Position numbers and translations under genes: made by a program
The notes under the pieces: generated by a model
Database searches by the model: none
What the model saw: the letters and a program-made list of their open reading frames with translations, nothing else
What the model was told of the DNA's origin: nothing
Source of the DNA: an uncultured Gemmatimonadales bacterium
GTDB lineage: Bacteria > Gemmatimonadota > Gemmatimonadetes > Gemmatimonadales > Gemmatimonadaceae
DNA: 12,734 nucleotides
Direction of reading: 5' to 3'
NCBI GenBank assembly: GCA_963793305.1
Contig: CAWBZV010000025.1
Span: forward strand, 1 to 12,734
In this document: positions 8,371-12,734 of the stretch, piece after piece
Layout: each line of letters starts with the position of its first letter
Position numbering within the stretch: the first letter of the stretch is position 1

Positions 8371-8388
8371 CGTTAAATTCATTTAACG
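8371..8388. promoter_or_regulatory. Palindromic operator upstream of the TA operon
   Basis: CGTTAAAT-TC-ATTTAACG: a perfect 8-bp AT-rich inverted repeat in GC-rich context, 20 bp before the antitoxin ATG. Confidence 0.55.
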
Positions 8389-8408
8389 GGTGAACTGGGA
8401 GCTGAGCG

Positions 8409-8645
8409 ATGGCGACCGTACCGATTACGCTCGAAATCGATGCACAACTCGCCGATGCCTATCGAACGGCACCGGTCGAAGTACAACGCAAGATGCGGGG
8501 ACTCATCACCGTGTGGTTACGCCAACTCGTGCGTGGCCCGCGACGTTCGTTGCAGGCGGTTATGGACGACATGGCGGCAACGGCTGAGGCGAACGGGCTC
8601 ACACCCGAAGAGTTGCGGGCGATTCTGAACGACCGCGAGGCGTGA
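8409..8645 (+). CDS. Putative antitoxin (78 aa)
   Basis: SD GGGAG. MATVPITLEIDAQLADAY...LQAVMDDMAATAEANGLTPEELRAILND, with a C-terminal GLTxEEL motif. Stop overlaps the PIN gene start (GTGA). Confidence 0.8.
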   Translation: MATVPITLEIDAQLADAYRTAPVEVQRKMRGLITVWLRQLVRGPRRSLQAVMDDMAATAEANGLTPEELRAILNDREA

Positions 8646-9075
8646 CCGCCCCACAGTCGATGCGACGCCTGCGCGTCGTGTTCGATGCGAACGTTGTAGT
8701 GAGCGCCGCGCTCCTGCCTCGTTCTGTTCCCCGACAAGCGTTCGACCGGGCGCTGGCGGAAGGCGACATTCTGATGTCGCTGGCTCTTGTTACCGAGCTC
8801 AATGATGTCCTCTATCGGGACAAATTCGATCGCTACGTTCCGATCGGGCTACGCATCGAGTTTCTGGCTGGGTTCGTGACCGTAGCGGAATGGGTGGAAG
8901 TCACACAGCCCGTCACGGTATGCCGAGATCCCAAGGACAACCATATCCTGGAACTGGCGGTCAATGGCGGCGCGACCCACGTGGTCACCGGTGATGATGA
9001 CCTGCTCGCTCTGCATCCTTTCGTGGAGTCAGGATTGTACCGCCGCTCGTGTTCCTGAACGACTCGGTCGACTAG
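8642..9075 (+). CDS. PIN-domain toxin (putative TA toxin, PIN family); -1 frameshift near 9019-9021
   Basis: RVVFDANVVVSA, ELNDVL, CRDPKDNHILELA, VTGDDDLLALHPF. Adding one base in the TTT run restores the family-typical tail HPFRGVRIVPPLVFLNDSVD* ending at 9075; the raw ORF ends at 9058. Confidence 0.92.
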
Positions 9076-9327
9076 GCGCCAGTGAGATCGACCCGACGTT
9101 GGTGTGCACCCGCGCAACGGGTTAATCTGCTACTCAGCGGCAGCGCCTAGCCGCGGTGCTAGGTGAGCGCCCAAACGGCGACGCGACTGCTCCAACGGCG
9201 ATGAACCCCCACAGCCATGGGTTCACGTTGACGGTCTCTGTGGCTTTGATCTCGGCTTCGGGATGCCCGCGAGGACGAGCACGAAGACCGCCGCAGTGTA
9301 GATCGCGAACGCGCGTCCGGCGGTGGC

Positions 9328-9736
9328 GTGTCGACCCCCGTGCTGCGCCCGACCGCCGTCCGCGACGAACAGTTCGCCGGCCTCACCTACCACCGAGTCC
9401 GTCGAATTCACGTTTCAGCGCGTCAAAGGCGTCGCGAACATGCTCCTCGGCGGCACGGGATTCTTCATCGACACGTTCACGGCCCGCGCCGAAGGGATCG
9501 TGTGGCTGCACGCCTACGGCAACTGCTTCGAGATCGCGCTCGCCGCGGGCGAGCAGATCGACATCGAGCCGGGCGGATGGGTCTACAAGGGCAGGACCGT
9601 GCGCATGGAGACCGAGTTTCAGCGGTTCTCCACCGGCCTCCTCGCGAGCGCGGGACAACTCGTGTGGAATCGCTTCACCGGCCCCGGGCGCGTCGGCTTG
9701 CGGTCGATGTACATGCAGTTCGCCGCCACCGAGTAA
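9328..9736 (+). pseudogene. AIM24-family gene with a large internal deletion
   Basis: The N-terminal piece MSTPVLRPTAVRDEQFAGLTYH (frame of 9328) is fused out of frame at ~9390-9394 to the C-terminal half TESVEFTFQRVKGVANMLLGGTGFFIDTF...HAYGNCFEIAL...RFTGPGRVGLRSM. Confidence 0.75.
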
Positions 9737-9745
9737 TGCCAGAGC

Positions 9746-10123
9746 CTATTTCGACGGAACCTTCAGGCCATCGCGGATGGTCTGGAAGATGAAGGTGAAG
9801 GCGTTGTCGCCATTCTTGGCGCCTGCGTAGTGCACGATCTGGCCTTGGGTGAGGATGACCCGGCTGGCGACAGTTTCCGATCCCTGATTCGTGCCCTCGA
9901 CTACGACCTCGCTCAGCGACTCCTTCGTTCGCCACGCCTGTAAGAGCTGCGGCGTAGACGCGCTGGACGGCTGGGTGATAATGACGGGCTCGTGCTGGCG
10001 AGCCAGCTGTCCCAGGTCAAATCCCGAAAGCTCGATCCATTTCTGTCGATTGGGCTTATGGGAGTCGCCGCGCAAGGTTCCCTGCTTGAGGCCCGTGATT
10101 TTCGCAAAGTAGTGAAGCGCCAC
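9746..10123 (-). CDS. hcp: Hcp/TssD-like protein (T6SS tube / phage tail-tube fold), short and orphan
   Basis: GTG start at 10123 after GGGGGA (or ATG at 10138): MALHYFAKITGLKQGTLRGDS...WIELSGFD...RQHEPVIITQPSSASTPQLLQAWRTKESLSEV...FTFIFQTI. This matches the Hcp pattern G.kQG.i.GdS / R.H.P..ITK..d.asP.L.qA....E.l..v / .f.f..I. Confidence 0.75.
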   Translation of the reverse strand: MALHYFAKITGLKQGTLRGDSHKPNRQKWIELSGFDLGQLARQHEPVIITQPSSASTPQLLQAWRTKESLSEVVVEGTNQGSETVASRVILTQGQIVHYAGAKNGDNAFTFIFQTIRDGLKVPSK

Positions 10124-10215
10124 TCGCTTATCCCCCATGAGGTCGCCCGCGTATCCATGATACGCGCTCGTCTCACCCGGCGGAACTCCCACGTGTACGC
10201 GGGCGTTTGTCGGGT

Positions 10216-11221
10216 ATGCAGAGCGTGACGACACGAACATCGCAGGCACCGATCCATTCCGGGTTCGGCGCGACGACAACGGCGCGGGAAACACTCGGCG
10301 GGATCGACTTGGCCGGCAAGGTGGCGATCGTCACCGGAGGCTATACAGGGATTGGACTTGAGACGACTCGTGCGCTCGTAGGGGCGGGCGCGACCGTCAT
10401 CGTGCCTGCCAGGAGTCGCAGTAAGGCGCGGCAAGCGTTGGCGGGAATACCGCGCGTCGAGCAGGAGCAGATTGACCTGCTCGACCCGAGCACGATCGAG
10501 CGATTCGCCAATGGGTTCCTGGCGAGCGGCCGCCCGCTGCACATGCTGATCAACAACGCCGGCATCATGGCGCCGCCGCTCACGCGCGATACGCGCGGGT
10601 ACGAGTCGCAGTTTTCGGCGAACCATCTCGGGCATTTCGAACTGACCGTCCGGCTCTTGCCGGCGCTCCGTCGGGCGTCAGGCGCGCGCGTTGTGTCGGT
10701 CTCGTCGCGTGGTCACCGCAGGAGCGGTGTCGATTTCGACGATCCAAACTATGAGCGCCGTCCGTACGACAAGTGGCAAGCGTACGGGCAATCGAAAACC
10801 GCCAACGTGCTATTCGCCGTGGCGCTCGATCGGCGCGGCGAGGGCGATAGCATTCGCGCGTTCGCGGTGCATCCAGGCGGGATCCTGACGAACCTCAGTC
10901 AGTACATGACGGACGAAGAGCTCGAGGCGTATGGGATGTCGCGCGCGGATCTCGGCGGGCCCATTCCCGTGGGGCTGTCAGTGGCCGAGGGCGGGCTCTT
11001 CAAGACGCCCGAGCAAGGCGCCGCAACGTCCGTGTGGTGCGCGACGAGTCCGCAGCTTGCGGGTATGGGCGGTGTGTATTGTCAGGAACGTCGACATCGC
11101 CGTCGTGGCCGAGGCGGACTCTCCTGTCATTGGCGTCACGCCGTACGCGATCGATCCCGAAGGCGCGGAGCGTCTGTGGGCTCTCAGTGAGCGATTGACT
11201 GGCGTCAATGAAGGACACTAA
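10216..11221 (+). CDS. Short-chain dehydrogenase/reductase (retinol-dehydrogenase-like subgroup); +1 frameshift near 11083-11088
   Basis: TGGYTGIG, LINNAGIMA, NHLGHF, YGQSK, AVHPGGI, KTPEQGAATSVW. Removing one base gives VYCQDVDIA...YAIDPEGAERLWALSERLTGVNEGH*. Confidence 0.93.
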
Positions 11222-11607
11222 GACCATTATTGAGCGGGCGTACGCCGCATTCAACGAGCGGGACGTCGACGGTGCATTAGCGCTGATGACGCGAAGACGT
11301 GAGCTGGCCCAAGGCTTCGGAGGGTGGCACGGTTGTCGGAAAGGAAGAGATCCGCGCCTACTGGACTCGACAATGGGGTGAGTTCGATCCTCATGTCGAA
11401 CCGCTCGCTATGACCGAGGAAGACGGAGGCAAGACACGCGTCAGGGTGCACCAACTCGTCAAGAGCCTTCAAGGCAATATTCTTTCGGACAGCGAGGTTC
11501 TGCACGTCTTCACTGTGCACAGCGGTCTTATCTCGGCAATGAACCTCGGGGATGAGGCCGATCCAACCGCCGGTCCGTCTGCCGCATTCACACATCGGTC
11601 CGGGTGA
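11208..11607 (+). CDS. SnoaL-like / NTF2-family protein; +1 frameshift at ~11292
   Basis: ATG 11208 MKDTKTIIERAYAAFNERDVDGALALMT, one extra C, then EDVSWPKASEGGTVVGKEEIRAYWTRQWGEFDPHVEP...VRVHQLVKSLQG. Confidence 0.88.
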
Positions 11608-11732
11608 TCTTCACCGGCATCGCCGCTCAGTTCGGAATCTTCCCGCCACCAGGTGTCGAGTCCGGCTTCGGGCTCGGGAGAGGGGATGAAGGCGTTTGCG
11701 GGATTCGGCGTCGGATTCGCTGGCGTTTTCAT
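11608..11732 (-). pseudogene. Possible 5' remnant of a gene translationally coupled to dsbA
   Basis: The ATG overlaps the DsbA stop (ATGA, 11729-11732): MKTPANPTPNPANAFIPSPEPEAGLDTWWREDSELSG... The frame then runs antisense into the SnoaL gene. Left boundary approximate. Confidence 0.35.
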
Positions 11733-12257
11733 TGTGCGGTCACTCCTTGTATCGCGTGCGTGAGCGTATCGTAGTCGAACGGACCATCGTGCCGCTCACC
11801 GTTGATGAAAAACGTCGGTGTGCCATTGACTCCGCTCCGCACGCCGCCGGTGAAATCGGAGTCCACCCGATTCCTGTATTGGCCGTCGGCCAACGACTGC
11901 CGGAGTGCAGCTGCGTCGAGCCCGAGCTTCTTGGCGAGCTCGAGATACAGCGGCTCGCCCAGCCGCTCCTGGTTCTCGAAGAGGAGATCGTGCATCTCCC
12001 AGAACTTCCCATGAGCCCCGGCGTACTCGGCGGTCTCGGCCGCTGATTCCGCATGCAGGATGTGCTTCGCGCAACGGAAAATTTCGGAATACAAAGCGGA
12101 GCGTCTTCCCGAAGTGCTTCTGCACTCGCTTGACGATCGGGTACGCTTGCCCACAGTAGGGGCACTGGTAGTCCCCGTACTCGACCAGTGTGACCGGAGC
12201 GTCGTCCGGTCCCTGCACGTGATCCTTGGGCTTCACTGCCACTCTGAGCTCAGCCAT
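11729..12257 (-). CDS. DsbA-family thioredoxin-fold protein; +1 frameshift near 12056
   Basis: SD AGGAGA. DHVQGPDDAPVTLVEYGDYQCPYC, FVFRNFPLREAHP, one extra base, then HAESAAETAEYAGAHGKFWEMHDLLFENQ...GVNGTPTFFING. Confidence 0.93.
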
Positions 12258-12266
12258 AGCCTTCTC

Positions 12267-12560
12267 CTATTTAGGCAAAGCGTCCAGCGCGTCGAGTATG
12301 CCGTCCGCGCCAGGATTGACATCTATCGCCGAGCAGTAGCTCCAGGCAATGGTGCCGGTCTTGTCGATGACAAAGAGCGCGCGCTCCGATATGCCATCGC
12401 TTGCCCGGTAGGCACCATAGCTACGAGAGACCGCGCCCTTGGGCTCGAAGTCCGACAGCAGCGGAAAATGCAAGTGACGAGCGTCCGCGAAAGCTCGGTG
12501 GCACCAGACCCCATCCACGGACAGGCCCATCAGCTTCGCTCCGTATCGCTGGAATTTTCA
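12267..12560 (-). pseudogene. Redoxin / AhpC-TSA-family protein, C-terminal part only
   Basis: FQRYGAKLMGLSVDGVWCHRAFADARHLHFPLLSDFEPKGAVSRSYGAY...SERALFVIDKTGTIAWSY. I could not find the N-terminal APDF / FYP.d....C segment in the sequence upstream of ~12560. Confidence 0.82.
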
Positions 12561-12673
12561 AGGCTGCGCGCCGCAATAGCCGCTGGAGTTCCCATGCCCC
12601 TCCAGTCATCGTATTCGGCCTTGACGGGATTCCATGCGAAAGCGTGAAAAACCGCGGCGTCGTCCTTCGTCAT
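12530..12673 (-). CDS. Possible short ORF or N-terminal fragment of an unrelated gene fused to the redoxin remnant
   Basis: MTKDDAAVFHAFAWNPVKAEYDDWRGMGTPAAIAARSLENSSDTERS* (47 aa); its stop overlaps ATG 12530 (TGATG). Confidence 0.3.
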   Translation of the reverse strand: MTKDDAAVFHAFAWNPVKAEYDDWRGMGTPAAIAARSLENSSDTERS

Positions 12674-12734
12674 TGGAATGTTCTTTCACACCAAATGTGG
12701 CAATCAAGGATTCGGGTATTAGCTCCTTTATGCA

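Noticed and set aside
8259..8378. attC-like pair on the minus strand (ATTTAAC ... GTTAGCT) just before the HNH-like gene, suggesting an integron cassette array
   Set aside because: The interior lacks convincing L-box pairing, I found no comparable attC at other gene junctions, gene orientations are mixed, and the integrase shows no IntI-specific insertion.
10124..10294. N-terminal extension of the Hcp-like ORF to 182 aa
   Set aside because: It overlaps the SDR start; Hcp similarity begins at ALHYF, which has its own SD and GTG.
9019..12057. Programmed ribosomal frameshifting as the cause of the split genes
   Set aside because: No slippery heptamers or consistent stimulatory structures at the sites, and these families are not known to use recoding.

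Overview
High-GC bacterial accessory region; the protein styles suggest Gemmatimonadota or Acidobacteriota, which is an inference. The left end is the edge of an integrated element: a 5'-truncated tyrosine integrase converges on the 3' end of a tRNA-Arg(CCT), with a strong hairpin between them. The integrase keeps K, HxxR, LGH and Y but has Glu where the first catalytic Arg should be (TGMEWQA). Right of the tRNA lies a mosaic: small orphan genes or remnants, two secreted hypothetical proteins, a divergent NTF2-like gene / YqhC-type AraC regulator pair with a 21-bp-spaced operator repeat, a large lipoprotein (four ~93-aa Ig-like repeats plus a beta-propeller), a Zn-finger/HNH-like protein, a PIN toxin-antitoxin pair, an internally deleted AIM24 gene, a short orphan Hcp-like gene, an SDR, a SnoaL-like gene and a clipped redoxin-DsbA fragment. 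At least five genes carry single-base frameshifts, probably read or assembly errors, and several genes are truncated at sharp junctions. I found no complete, clearly new multi-gene system. The best leads are the Arg-to-Glu integrase, the compact orphan Hcp and the repeat lipoprotein.
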